This document shows, piece after piece, positions 9,662 to 43,844 of a stretch of 64,000 nt of DNA. The position numbers and the translations under genes are program-made. The DNA comes from Macrostomum lignano (lineage: Eukaryota), in assembly GCA_002269645.1 (NCBI GenBank), contig NIVC01000391.1, positions 1-64,000 of the forward strand, given 5' to 3'. The first letter of the stretch is position 1. Each line of letters begins with the position of its first letter. The notes under the pieces were generated by a model. The model had not been told where the DNA came from and made no database searches. It worked only from the letters and a program-made list of their open reading frames with translations.

Positions 9662-11269
9662 GCTAAATTTTGGTTGACAACAGCACAGAAAACTTAGCGA
9701 CAGAAAAGGAAACCGACGATAGCAGCGAAAAGCCTAGCGAAGTTGGGTTGCAAGTTGACCGCAGAAAAGATGAAGGCTCTGCAGTAGAATGAAGGAGGAA
9801 TAGGGCCGGCAGCCAGCAGGAAGGAGGAGGGCAATTTTGCAGCGGGCGCAGCGACATTTAACTAGGAGCTGATCCCACGTACCCCGCCCTGACCCTCGCT
9901 GCCGTCCCTGATCCCATCCGCTACCCCATTCGAACGCCACCCGCCCACTCTTTCAAGGATCCACGCAGAATTCTGGGAGACAAAAGCAAGTTTTCATCTG
10001 CAGCAAGCGAATGCCAGAGAGAGGCTGCATGAGGAGGTGGGAAGAACAGAGAGGGAGAGAGGGAAGAGAGGTCGCACTGGGCCGCACTCGGCCCCTTCGA
10101 ATCGATTGCGCATTTTTACTGCAGCTGAAGCAGCCCGATCCACTGGGCTGCAGAAGGCCAAGGTAAAATACGGCTGGAATGATGGCATTTTCCTATCCAC
10201 CTAAGAACGTCGTCCATCCCGATCCCTCCCCAGAAGTGACAAAACTTCTGCAGCATGTATTCGGGCGGCGTACGCAATAATGAACTAATTCTACCTGGTG
10301 TACATCACATGGCAGAGGTTGGTGTGGGAATCGGAAAAAGAAATTCGTCGTGTCGCATCTGCTTGGAACAGACAGACAGGGCTGCGATGCGTCAGAGGCT
10401 GCGCAGACGGGGCAGTCCGGGGGGCAGAGCGCACGAAAGTGGAAGCAAAGTTCGAGCCACGCGTATGCAGAGCCTGAAGCATGCTGTAAGGAATGAATGC
10501 CTGGCATTAAGGGCCAATTCCAACAACGAATCCCGCCCTGCAGCAGACGCTTTCAGAAAGGCCGGCGCAAACCCGGCACTGAATTCTGCTTTGAAATAGA
10601 AAATTTTACAGAAATATTCACGACCACACTGACCTCTTATGGATATTCTGATTGAATTTACACAAGGCTAAAAAATTACACGATAAAGGTAGCTACGAGG
10701 GGTGTATAAAAAGTAAGTTCGATGTACGCTCGTAATTAATCCATGTCTGACACTCAACAAATTTGGAGTCACTGGAACGCGGAAGACCTCATCTCATAAT
10801 TTGACTACAAACTTTTGTGTACATGTGTTACGTTAACAAGAAATGGTGCTTTATTGTTTGGCCTATATGGTGGTTTATAGAGTTACAATTAAAGTTCCTA
10901 AGAGGATCCCTCCAAAGCCGCACCTTTTTGCAAAACGTTGAAAAGAATTATGAAGCAAGAATGCGAGCTGAAACATTGATGGAGCAAAAGTCAATAAATT
11001 CCACTTAAATAACTAAATATTTCCTAAGAGTGCAATTCGTGATTGTTTTTTCTTGTTTGAAACAATCGCTTAATCTAGCTAGCCAAGGAATTCCAGATTT
11101 ACGAGTAGAATTCCTAGGGCTAGAACTTGAAGAACGTTTTCAAAAATAATAAACTACCATAGACAGAACAAATACGAGCTACTTAAACTACATTTATTCA
11201 TTTTTGGTAAGTCAATATCTCAGTTTGAATCTCCGCCAAATTTCATTTCAAGGTATCCACTTTAAGTGA

Positions 11270-11565
11270 GTATATCTTCAAGGTATCCTCAAGGTATCCT
11301 TAAGGTATCCTCAAGGTATCCTCAAGGTATCCTCAAGGTATCCTCAAGGTATCAAGGTATCCTCAAGGTATCAAGGTATCCTCAAGGTATCCTCAAGGTG
11401 TCCTCAAGGTATCCTCAAGGTATCCTCAAGGTAGGTATCCTCAAGGTATCCTCAAGGTAGGTATCCTCAAGGTATCCTCAAGGTATCCTCAAGGTATCTT
11501 CAAGGTATCTTCAAGGTGTCCTCAAGGTATCCTTACGGTGTCCTCAAGGTGTCCTCAAGGTATCC
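11270..11565. repeat. 11-bp minisatellite
   Basis: Unit AAGGTATCCTC. Confidence 0.92.
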
Positions 11566-11589
11566 AAGAAAGGATCCTCTGATATGCAA

Positions 11590-12140
11590 CCCTTTGCAGC
11601 TGGTTGCTGTAGCGGCCTGAGGGTCAACACGCAGAGGACCGTCGTGCTCGGCGTGCCGGACGACATCGAGGCTGCCATTTTGTATCGAGGCGCAGATGGA
11701 CAGCTGCGACGGAGCTTCCGCAGAGCTTCCGTATTGTCAGCAGTTCATCTACCTCGGCAGTCTGGTTCCCGGCGTCGGCGAGGATCTGCGGCGTCATCGT
11801 CGCGCCTTTCGTTCTGTAAGAGCAGTTCTTCAGTCCGAAGCCAAGGCGGTGGTCGAGACCGTCCTGTTGTACATCGCTGCAGAGACCCGGACGCTGACGG
11901 ACTCGCTCGAGCAACAAGTCGGCCTACTCGACGTTCAAGCGACCTTTTGCGCCGTCGGCAACTCCAGCTGGCAGGCAAAATCATCAGCACCGAGTCGCAC
12001 TGCCCAGAGCCGGTGCAACTGCTGCTGCTGACACAGCTGACCTACCAGTGGAGCCAGGCGCACGCACTCGGCGTTTCGTCGACTTTCTGCTCGCTGACGC
12101 CGGCGCCCCGGATTCGGTCGGCTGCGCGGCCTTCTTTCGC
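11590..12140 (+). mobile_element. Decayed, 5'-truncated RTE-like non-LTR retrotransposon (RT C-terminal region)
   Basis: Frameshifted fragments GLRVNTQRT, QQFIYLGSL, AFRSVRAVL, KAVVETVLLYIAAETRTLTDSLEQ, RRRQLQLAGKII match RTE-type motifs (GL.IN..KT, F.YLGS, LLY..ETWTLT, RRRL...GH). Confidence 0.75.
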
Positions 12141-12690
12141 GTTGTTGTTGTGTTGTTGTTACTGTTGTTATTGATGTTGTTACTGTTGTTATTGTTGTTG
12201 TTACTGTTGCTATTGTTGTTGTTACTGTTGTTATTGTTGTTGTTACTGTTGTTATTGTTGTTACTGTTGTTATTGTTGTTGTTAATGTTGTTATTGTTGT
12301 TGTTACTGTTGTTATTGTTGTTGTTACTGTTGTTATTGTTGTTGTTACTGTTGCTATTGTTGTTGTTACTGTTGTTATTGTTGTTGTTACTGTTGTTATT
12401 GTTGTTGTTACTGTTTTGTTATTGTTGTTGTTACTGTTGTTATTGTTGTTGCTACTGTTGTTATTGTTGTTGTTACTTTTGTTATTGTTGTTGTTACTGT
12501 TGCTATTGTTGTTGTTACTGTTGTTATTGTTATTGTTACTGTTGTTATTGTTATTGTTACTGTTGTTATAGTTGTTGTTACTGTTATTGTTGTTTTTGAT
12601 ACTGTTGTTAGTCTTGTTGTTATTGTTTTTGTTGTTGTTACTGTTCTTGTTGTTGTTGTTGTTGTTGTTACTGTTGTTTTCGTTGTAACT
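12140..12690. repeat. (TGT)n-derived 21-bp repeat directly following the RTE fragment
   Basis: Unit GTTGTTGTTACTGTTGTTATT. Confidence 0.92.
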
Positions 12691-13229
12691 TTATGGTCAC
12701 CATTGGCCAAACAAGGATGATGCGCTACAAAGATGATGTCGACTGCAGACAAGGCTCACTCATTTACTGTATAAGAAGAACTATTCTCAGTGTATGAGCT
12801 AATATCAATATTGAAGAGGAGCATATAGATTTAAGAGTTCAAAGCAGACGCTTCGCATACGCAATTTGGAAGTTTTGCATCGTCAAAAACTCCCCTTATT
12901 CAAAGATTTTGAAATGACGCAAGTTATTTTTACACAGCGACCACCGCGTTGAACTCGGTGCGAAATTTCTGCAGATGGGTTGACTTTCATGTAGAGAGTT
13001 TTAAATTTCATGGATTTTATAGTTGCATTCCGCTTTACGAAACCCCTTTGACTGCGCCAAACGTTTTGCCAAACAAAGAGATATGAGCGAAACAGTCCAA
13101 ATGCAAACTCTTCTTTTTGCCCTAAACTTTTATTTAGTAAGATGGAAAAATAACGAAAGCTTTTTACCCACCTCTCAGTAGATTCAATTTTAAAACTAAA
13201 TCGGGCATGTTGGTGGTCCTATGAATTAA

Positions 13230-13567
13230 CGGGTAGGGGTCGCTTTCATAAACCCTAAACCCTAAAGACACAAACTTTTCATAAGCTCTAAATTTCATAA
13301 ACCCTAATTTTCACAACATCGAAAAGTTGTGCACAGTATTTCACAAGCTCTAATTAAATTTCACAAGCTCTAAATTTCACAAGCTCTAAATTTCACAAGC
13401 CCTAAATTTCACAGCGCCTAAAAACACTATGGAGATACAGAAGGATTGTCGAAGAAAGATTGTATCTCCAGTGTTTTTAGGCGTTATGAAATTTAGGGCT
13501 TGTGAAATCTGCTGCATTGCTTATTTTCGACGTTGTGAAAATTAGGGTTTATGAAACGACCCTACCG
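13230..13567. mobile_element. Foldback/MITE-like element with terminal and internal inverted repeats
   Basis: Left end CGGGTAGGGGTCGCTTTCATAAACCCTAA versus reverse complement of right end CGGTAGGGTCGTTTCATAAACCCTAA; inner arms TTTCACAAGCCCTAAATTTCA...CGCCTAAAAACACT..GGAGATACA pair with TGTATCTCCAGTGTTTTTAGGCG...TGAAATTTAGGGCTTGTGAAA. No clean TSD. Confidence 0.7.
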
Positions 13568-13616
13568 ATAGGCTTGCGTGCTGGGGTAGCAGGTCAGATG
13601 GGGGCAGGGTTGCGCT

Positions 13617-13945
<329 letters not shown>

Positions 13946-14027
13946 ACTGTCTTAAAGTTGAATTCGAGCGCTTCTACGGATAAGTTATGAGAAGTCGTAG
14001 GAAGTGTGGGTGAGCCCCAGTGGGCAG

Positions 14028-18983
<4,956 letters not shown>

Positions 18984-19339
18984 CCCGCCGCGGGCCTGTT
19001 TTGCTACTGAATAACAAATCTGTGCAGAAAAATATTTTGCTTTCCAATCGCTTTTTCTGACCTCGAGTTTGCACCTACCGTTTTAAACTTTCTCGGTATC
19101 AACTGTGAATTGTCTGCATATCTTTTCTGCTTTTATTGCACTAGATTGATAAGATATAGGCGGTCATGTACCACCTTAATCAGTGCATAGATAAGTTTCT
19201 AGAGCTCTGCAGCAAATGCCTTGAGAATTCAAAGTTCAAACTACAAGATTTAATAAATATCATGCACTTAGTTGGGAAAGACTTAATCAACTACATTTAC
19301 GTCGATTATACAAAGTGTGCCTGTAATGAGCATGGTTTG

Positions 19340-20182
19340 ATTGTAAAACTCCAATTGGATTGGCTGAGCCAGTGTGGCTGGGTTTTAAAACTCCGATTGG
19401 ATTGGCTGAGCCAGTGTGGCTGGGTTGTAAAACTCCAATTGGATTGGCTGAGCCAGTGTGGCTGGGTTGTAAAACTCCGATTGGATTGGCTGAGCCAGTG
19501 TGGTTGGGTTGTAAAACTCCGATCGGATTGGCTGAGCCAGTGTGGTTGGGTTGTAAAACTCCAATTGGATTGGCTGGGCCAGTGTGGCTGGGTTGTAAAA
19601 CTCCGATTGGATTGGCTGAGCCAGTGTGGCTGGGTTGTAAAACTCCGATTGGATTGGCTGAGCCAGTGTGGCTGGGTTGTAAAACTCTGATTGGATTGGC
19701 TGAGCCAGTGTGGCTGGGTTGTAAAACTCCAATTGGATTGGCTGGGCCAGTGTGGCTGGGTTGCAAAACTCCAATTGGATTGGCTGAGCCATGTGGCTGG
19801 GTTGTAAAACTCCAATTGGATTGGCTGAGCCATGTGGCTGGGTTGTAAAACTCCAATTGGATTGGCTGAGCCAGTGTGGCTGGGTTGCAAAACTCCAATT
19901 GGATTGGCTGAGCCAGTGTGGCTGGGTTGCAAAACTCCAATTGGATTGGCTGAGCCAGTGTGGCTGGGTTGCAAAGCTCCAATTGGATTGGCTGAGCCAG
20001 TGTGGCTGGGTTGCAAAACTCCAATTGGATTGGCTGAGCCAGTGTGGCTGGGTTGCAAAACTCCAATTGGATTGGCTGAGCCAGTGTGGCTGGGTTGCAA
20101 AACTCCAATTGGATTGGCTGAGCCATGTGGCTGGGTTGTAAAACTCCAATTGGATTGGCTGAGCCAGTGTGGCTGGGTTGTA
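19340..20182. repeat. 42-bp (41-bp variant) minisatellite upstream of the LCAT-like gene, ~20 copies
   Basis: Unit GATTGGCTGAGCCAGTGTGGCTGGGTTGTAAAACTCCAATTG. Confidence 0.95.
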
Positions 20183-21851
20183 AATTTGGTCAGTGAGACC
20201 TGATTGGCTGCGCTGATGTCGTTGGGCCAATAAAAATGAGTCCAAAAGGCAAAGCAAATCCGAATTGTAAAATGTTTTTTTCAGTCGAATGTGAAGCGAT
20301 TTTGCCATAGTTTTTCAGCCATGCACTTGAACAAAAGACTGCACGATTGAAACAGCCGAGATTCGCAGCAGAGAGAAATGAATAATCTGCAAATTAATAA
20401 GTAAGAATTTGCTACTAACAAGCGCGCGAGTCAAATTAGCAATGTTATTGAATAGCCGGAGGCAGGCAGTTAAGGACTACTCAAGTAGAAGGACTGGAAA
20501 CACCGTTTCTTGGAAGCTTTTAGAAGGCAGGTTTTACCTGTAGTTTTTCACATTTTCAGCACCAAATTTGTCGTTGCTTCTGATAGGAGGCAGACCCAGA
20601 GTTAATCTTTTGATATGACTTGCCTTTCTTATAGCTTTTTGTTTAAAATAAAAGGCTTTAATAATACAATAACTAATATGCCAAACTTCATTCACTGTAA
20701 TGTATTTTTTCGCTCGGCAAAACCTGCCTCTAAGAAACGTAGTCTCCCCGTCCTCCTTCTTAAGTTGCCCTTTCAGGCAATATCGAAAACTACACGAATG
20801 AGTTGCTCAGTAATACTAAACACATCGCGAACAAAACAGAGCTGCAACCGTGAGCAAAAAATATAGTTTTCGAGTTGACAAAAAGAATCGCGATTAAGTA
20901 AAATTTTACTAGTCATTTTGTCAGAGGGTGCGCCCCAAGAGAGAGTGAAATTGGTCGCTGGTGACCACAGATACTATTCTACAGATACTTTCAGTTCAGT
21001 AGTAAGTTAAACTGAAGCATTTTAATGTATTTTTAAAGACCAAGGCTTCTTTTGGCTCCAAGCTTAAACCCTCAAACTCCACACAGTGTTTATTATAAGT
21101 GTTTTTTACTGTCATTTTGAAACTGTATTTACACAGACTGTAATAAATTTGCTTCACATTCTACTCTTGCTACTGTAGTTAGTGATTTCCCTATTTCAGG
21201 TATTTCCTATTTGAGATAAATCTGCATTAAGCGTCATGCTGATGGTGAGGGTGAGGTGAGAGTGAGGTGAACAGATGTTCCCGGGAAATCTCCTCGACCA
21301 ATCAAACTCATCCCGAAGATGAAGATGAGCATGAGAAGCAGACTGATTGATTGAAAGCTGGCAAATAAAAACATTTAAAAAGCAAATGTTACATCCACCA
21401 AGAAGACAGACTCGAGTTCAAAGGGAAATGCCGCCGCCAGCTGGGCTACTTGGGAACCACAAATCCGTGGCGATAGAATTCAAAACAAAATAGAGAATTT
21501 CTGAGAGCAGGGTTGTCACGATGCGCTGATATGCAGAACGGTTCTATAATTGACATCTATCGTAACGGACTCTAACAGTGGATGATACAATAAACTACAC
21601 ATAAAAGTACTATTAGAAGCAGCTGTCTCAAGAAGAACATTTTAAAATTTTCCAAAATCGATGAACTATTCAAATTTAATACGAAAAAGCAGAAAAAATA
21701 AGGGAGATCAGAAACTCTCCATCAATGGCTGGCTGGGGAGTTCGGCTGCGTCATGACAAAAACTCATTGGAAATTGATCACATAAAATAGATCTAAATTG
21801 GTGAATATTTCATGAGCAAAGCTTGTGCAGCTGCGCTAATATTTTCAGTCA

Positions 21852-36997
<15,146 letters not shown>

Positions 36998-37869
36998 CTG
37001 CATCAAAAGTAAACCAAAGAAAATCAATATTCGCATTGCACTCTACTATTCAACAGCCGTCATAAGTAGCAAGTTAGAAAGTAAAAAATCAACTTAACGT
37101 ATCTTAAGAATTTTCTATTTATGAGAAAGGGAGAGAGTAGAGATTGGGGTTGGGGTGGTGGCGAAGTCCAACGCAGTGCGTGTTTGCGTCGGCCAATTAC
37201 CGCATTAATTATTTATCAGCGGGTGGCCGCCGCCGCCGCCGCCGCCGACCAGGGAGCGAGAGAGAGAGAGAGAGAGGGGAAAGGAGGGACCCCATCGCGC
37301 TGGGCAATGAAGCGAACTGCCTCTCAACAATAACAATGGGCCGCAAGGCTGTGCAGACGGATGGCTGGTGGAACAGGTTGACATGAGAAGTGGCCTGCGA
37401 TCGTGCCGTGCCGTGAGGCTCTTTATTCATCTCTGTCTTCAACTTAGGCCGGCTGCCAAGAGGGCTTCAGCTCGGAGCGAAATAGATATATTGATGAAGA
37501 GTAGCTACTCCATTTTGGCTGCTCATTGCAATGCGCCGCCAACCCTCGCCAAGCCATCCCGAACTGAGTCCCCTGCGGCTAAGTCCCGGGCTAATATAGC
37601 TGCTCCTTCTTCAGCAGCCTCAGCCAAGGCACTTTCGCTCAACCGCTCGGGCAATTTCACTCTGCTGGCTGGGAGGCCCCGAGATTTGCATTAATTAGCC
37701 TGCGCTTCATTCTCTTTCACCTTCTATACGAATGTGACACTGTGGGACTTTTAGTTAAGAATATCTTCTAGAGAAGTCTAGGGATTTCAAATTCAATTCT
37801 TAGAAAGTGAGAAGGGCGCCGATTCTTGGCAGGGTAAAGCCGAGGGAGAATTTCTGGGTTTTCAATTGG

Positions 37870-38430
37870 GGATGGCAGGGGATTCGAGAGGGATTCTCAG
37901 GGGATTCGAGAGGAATTCTCAGGGGATTCGAGAGGAATTCTCAGGGGATTCCAGAGGGATTCTCAGGGGATTCGAGAGGAATTCTCAGGGGATTCCAGAG
38001 GGATTCTCAGGGGATTCCAGAGGGATGTCAGGGGATTCCAGAGGGGATCTCAGGGGATTCGAGAGGGATGTCAGGGGATTCCAGAGGGGATCTCAGGGGA
38101 TTCGAGAGGGATGTCAGGGGATTCCAGAGGGGATCTCAGGGGATTCCAGAGGGATGTCAGGGGATTCCAGAGGGGATCTCAGGGGATTCCAGAGGGATGT
38201 CAGGGGATTCCAGAGGGGATCTCAGGGGATTCCAGAGGGATGTCAGGGGATTCCAGAGGGATGTCAGGGGATTCCAGAGGGATTCTCAGGGGATTCCAGA
38301 GGGATCTCAGGGCTTTCAGAGGGATTCTCAGGGGATTCCAGAGGGATCTCAGGGCTTTCAGAGGGGATCTCGGGGGATTCCGGAGAAATTTTTAGGGGGT
38401 TATATCGAAGGTATCTCAGGGGATTTCAGA
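37870..38430. repeat. Degenerate GGGATTC-based minisatellite
   Basis: Units such as CAGGGGATTCCAGAGGGATTCT and GATGTCAGGGGATTCCAGAGG. Confidence 0.9.
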
Positions 38431-38883
38431 GGGCTAGGGCTAGGGTTAGGAGAACCCCATGGAGAACGTCATAGAGAATCTCCAGGAGAATCTCATGGAG
38501 AATCTCAAGGAGAATATCTGTGATTAACTTTAGAATAGGATAGTTTTTATAAGCTCGTAGTCAAGGTCCATAGTATTTTGAACTAAGTTACTATCGCCGG
38601 CTCCTCAGCGAATCCCGGACTGATCTTCGTTAGGGGAGCATTCGCAGAAATCCCTCTAGAGCCTTGGTCATCTGACTGAGGGCAAGGGAAGGAAAACGCC
38701 TTTCTCTTGTCTAAGCTCCCAGCATGGCTTACGAGCGGCCTAACGAACTGCTCGCTTTCTGCAACGGTTGCCACGGCTAGGCTGGTAGGCAAAGTCCCTC
38801 CACTCCAGTCGTGCCTGCTCTCCTCTTTGTAATTCTCAGAAAGATGAGATCAGAGATAAGGGGAGCGGCAGAAGAAGAAAGGA

Positions 38884-39240
38884 TTGGCGCCAGTCAAAGG
38901 GGCGCTAAAGATTGGCGCCAGTCAGAGGGGCGCTAAAGATTGGCGCCAGTCAGGGGGGGCGCTAAAGATTGGCGCCAGTCAGGGGAGGGCGCTAAAGATT
39001 GGCGCCAGTCAGAGGGGCGCTAAAGATTGGCGCCAGTCAGGGTGGGGCGCTAAAGATTGGCGCCAGTCAGGGGGCACTAAAGATTGGCGCCAGTCAGGAG
39101 GGGGCGCTAAAGATTGGCGCCAGTCTGGGGGGCGCTAAAGATTGGCGCCAGTCAGAAGGGGCGCTAAAGATTGGCGCCAGTCAGGGGGGCGCTACAAATT
39201 GACGCCAGTCAGGGGGGGGGCGCTACAGATTGGCGCCAGC
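38884..39240. repeat. ~28-bp minisatellite
   Basis: Unit GGCGCTAAAGATTGGCGCCAGTCAGGGG with variable G-run. Confidence 0.9.
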
Positions 39241-40044
39241 CTCAGGCCGACAAAAAAGGCAGCCCATAGGCAGTAGATGAGGCAGGACAAAAGATTCCTT
39301 ACGAGTAATTAGACACAAGAGATTAGCCATATAAGAGGACTCAAAAAAAAGCAAGTCAAACTTGATGAGAAAGCCAAATAAATACGAGACTCGCTCAGAC
39401 TCTTGGCCTCGAAGGCGGGCATGAGGAGGGAGGGTCGCACATCAATGCTGGCTGCATCTCTGTCACTCTGTCTCCCTGTCTCTCTGTCCCGAGCTGTCTG
39501 TCCCGGTCGCTCCACCCCGCCCGCTCCCGTCTGCTCCAGCTGCTGACGTCAGGACCAGCTCAGGAGGGGATGCGGGCTCAGGCCAATGCCAGGTTCGGAA
39601 CTGCTACATCTGCTGCTGCTGGGCTGCTACTCGGCCTTTGTAGAGCGGCGACGCCTTTCTTGAGTGAGCTATTTAGCATTTCCCCGAATTGAGAAGGCGC
39701 TCGAGTGGCTCTGCATGGCGGCACCCAAGATGGAGGTGATGGAGGCAGGAAAACAGCTGTTTTATGCAGTCGATTTTTTGCACACGGAACTCAATTTTCC
39801 CCGTCGCTTTGATGAAAACCCAACAGGAAATGAAATTGACTTGCTTCTAGAAGATATTTCAAATTATCTTTAAGCCGCTTCTCCGCTCCTCAGCATCGCC
39901 TCAGCTTGAGCAGACAAAAATTATTTTTCTCTTGCTAGAAGCAGAAATTTTCCCGCTTTTGATTTAACCAGCTTTTGTGCAAATTGGGAAGCAAAAAGCA
40001 GAGAGCCGACAGACAGACATTAGAAAATCACTAAGATATATAGA

Positions 40045-40061
40045 CAGACGAGCAGACAGAA

Positions 40062-40136
<75 letters not shown>

Positions 40137-40160
40137 GAGAGAGACAGACAGACACTAAGT

Positions 40161-40222
<62 letters not shown>

Positions 40223-40252
40223 GTCAGACAGTCAGGCAGACAGACAGACAGA
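40045..40252. repeat. (GACA)n microsatellite
   Basis: GACA run containing one CACTAAG interruption. Confidence 0.93.
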
Positions 40253-40741
40253 CTCACCTTAAGTAGCCGTTGCTGAAAGTTTCCGCCACTTGCCCAGCAA
40301 CTATCGGCGACTCTTCGTTGTAATGAAATCGAATGTCCCGCTAAAATTTTAAACGAAAACAAAATGAATGATTCATTTAAAATTGAGAATCACCCAAAGC
40401 AGATTAGTCTTAATCGGCAAGCGGATTAAAATAAAAAATTTTATAAACAAAGCAAGAGACAGAGCGGCTGCCCCAGCTAACCGCAGTGGTCTCTGAGTCT
40501 TGAAAAAGAATTGACACGAAGCGATTTGGAAACTGACTGATGGTGGAGGCTGGGATCCGTGAGAGTTGCTGCCATTTTGCCCATTATGATTCATGGACGG
40601 CCCCGCGGGCTCAGACAAATCCAGCCGGCACTCAGAACTGATTCGGGCTTTCAATTTAATTAATTTCTGCCTGCGGGGCGGCTCGTCCGGATAATTAGAG
40701 GCGAATGGTTCAATAAGTACAGGTGAGCAACCCGTTGCTTG

Positions 40742-41641
<900 letters not shown>

Positions 41642-42259
41642 GGTTAGCACAGGCCCCCAATCTCCCTAAGTCCCCGGGGGGACATCAGCCGAGAGTCCGC
41701 TGCGCCGCAGCCCGGTGTGCACATTTACGCCATCCCAGCGCAGCGTGAAGTTTTTCGCGTTTTTTTCTCCTGCTGCCATGGAATTCATTGTTTCGGAATT
41801 CTGGCGCAGGAGCGGCCAGCTCCGTCTGCGAGCCTGAAACTCGATACGGCGGACTCCCCGGCCCCAGTATTCTCCTTAGGGATACCGAACCCACTAAGAC
41901 CGGAGTCAGCTGTCTGGCTTCTGCCATGCGCCGCTGCGCCTCTCTAATTTGAATGCGGGCCAGGAGAGGCGCGCCGGGACCCCAAATTTTCTCTCCCTTT
42001 CTCAGAATTGTTTCTTTTAGCTGCCGGCGGCTTTCTAGCAGGGGCGGGGGAGGAGGTCAAAAATATGTTTATTCAAGTCTGGCTGTCTTTCCTCTCCCTT
42101 TGAAGATGGCTGATTTGTGCTTTTAAGGGCGTTGCAGGCAGGGTAAGCGTACTGAACCTTAATTTGCTTTGAGTGCTTTTTTTAACAATTGACAATGAAG
42201 ATTGATTGCACGAGTATTTATTTCTGCGGTGTGAATGAGACATGAATGGTAAAGAGGAA

Positions 42260-43190
42260 GGAAGTGACCCTCCATGACCTGAAGGATTGATGTGACCCTC
42301 CATCACCTGAAGGATAGATGTGACCCTCCATGACCTGAAGGATTGATGTGACCCTCCATCACCTGAAGGATAGATGTGACCCTCCATGACCTGAAGGATT
42401 GATGTGACCCTCCGTGACCTGAAGGATGGAAGTGACCCTCCGTGACCTGAAGGATGGAAGTGACCCTCCGTGATCTGAAGGATTGATGTGACCCTCCATG
42501 ACCTGAAGGATTGATGTGACCCTCCATGACCTGAAGGATTGATGTGACCCTCCATGACCTGAAGGATTGATGTGACCCTCCGTGACCTGAAGGATTGATG
42601 TGACCCTCCATGACCTGAAGGATTGATGTGACCCTCCGTGATCTGAAGGATGGAAGTGACCCTCCGTGATCTGAAGGATTGATGTGACCCTCCGTGATCT
42701 GAAGGATTGATGTGACCCTCCATGACCTGAAGGATGGAAGTGACCCTCCGTGATCTGAAGGATTGATGTGACCCTCCATGACCTGAAGGATTGATGTGAC
42801 CCTCCATGACCTGAAGGATTGATGTGACCCTCCGTGACCTGAAGGATTGATGTGACCCTCCATGACCTGAAGGATTGATGTGACCGTCCGTGACCTGAAG
42901 GATTGATGTGACCCTCCGTGATCTGAAGGATGGAAGTGACCCTCCGTGATCTGAAGGATTGATGTGACCCTCCGTGATCTGAAGGATGGAAGTGACCCTC
43001 CGTGATCTGAAGGATGGAAGTGACCCTCCGTGATCTGAAGGATGGATGTGACCCTCCATGACCTGAAGGATGGAAGTGACCCTCCGTGATCTGAAGGATG
43101 GATGTGACCCTCCGTGACCTGAAGGATTGATGTGACCCTCCATGACCTCAAGGACAGAAGTGACCCTCCATGACCACAATGACAGAAGTG
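42260..43190. repeat. 28-bp minisatellite
   Basis: Unit GATGTGACCCTCCATGACCTGAAGGATT and variants. Confidence 0.95.
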
Positions 43191-43844
43191 AACATCCAAG
43201 ACCTCAAGGATGGAAAGAAAAGAAAGAATTGAACATGCAAGACGAGAAAGAAAGGTCTAAGGCCATAAAGCTAGTAATGACCCGGTATGACCAGCAGTAA
43301 CAGGAGTGGACTTTTTCGTCAAAGAAAAATGGATTTAGCCCAGGTAAATCAGTAAAAGTACAACACAAAAGCCGTTGCCTCCGCATTGCAGGCAAATTCA
43401 ATGCGCAGTTTTCGGATTGTAATCCTGACATTTTCAAAGAGAATTGAGAAACAAGCGCGCTATGTCAGTACGAAACTGACACTGATTCAGTGGCGGGTTA
43501 AAAAATATAAGATACGAAGCAGTTGAGCTGGGAAGGCGGACTCGGGGATTGGGGACAACGGGAAGCGGAGATCTCTTCTCCGCAGGGTTTGGAGTGGCAA
43601 ATCCGCTTCGTGGATCCGCGAGACACGAGCTCCGGCGCCGGGATCGAGAGGTGCGAATGGGATTTATGGCTCGAATGGGACAGGAGGGGAATATTGAGGG
43701 ATTTTAGCTGCGTAGAGGACAGGGCTCAACAACTGATTGAAGGGGCTGTCAGGGGGGTCGAGACGAAAATCTTTTTGTGTAATGGGAAATCAAAAAGGAA
43801 AGCGGATGTCACAAATCCTATTCGGTAGAGTGGGGGAAATGGGG

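Noticed and set aside
10255-10599. 114-aa plus-strand ORF with CRICLE (RING-like start)
   Set aside because: No further Cys/His ligands or splice context; more likely tropomyosin upstream region.
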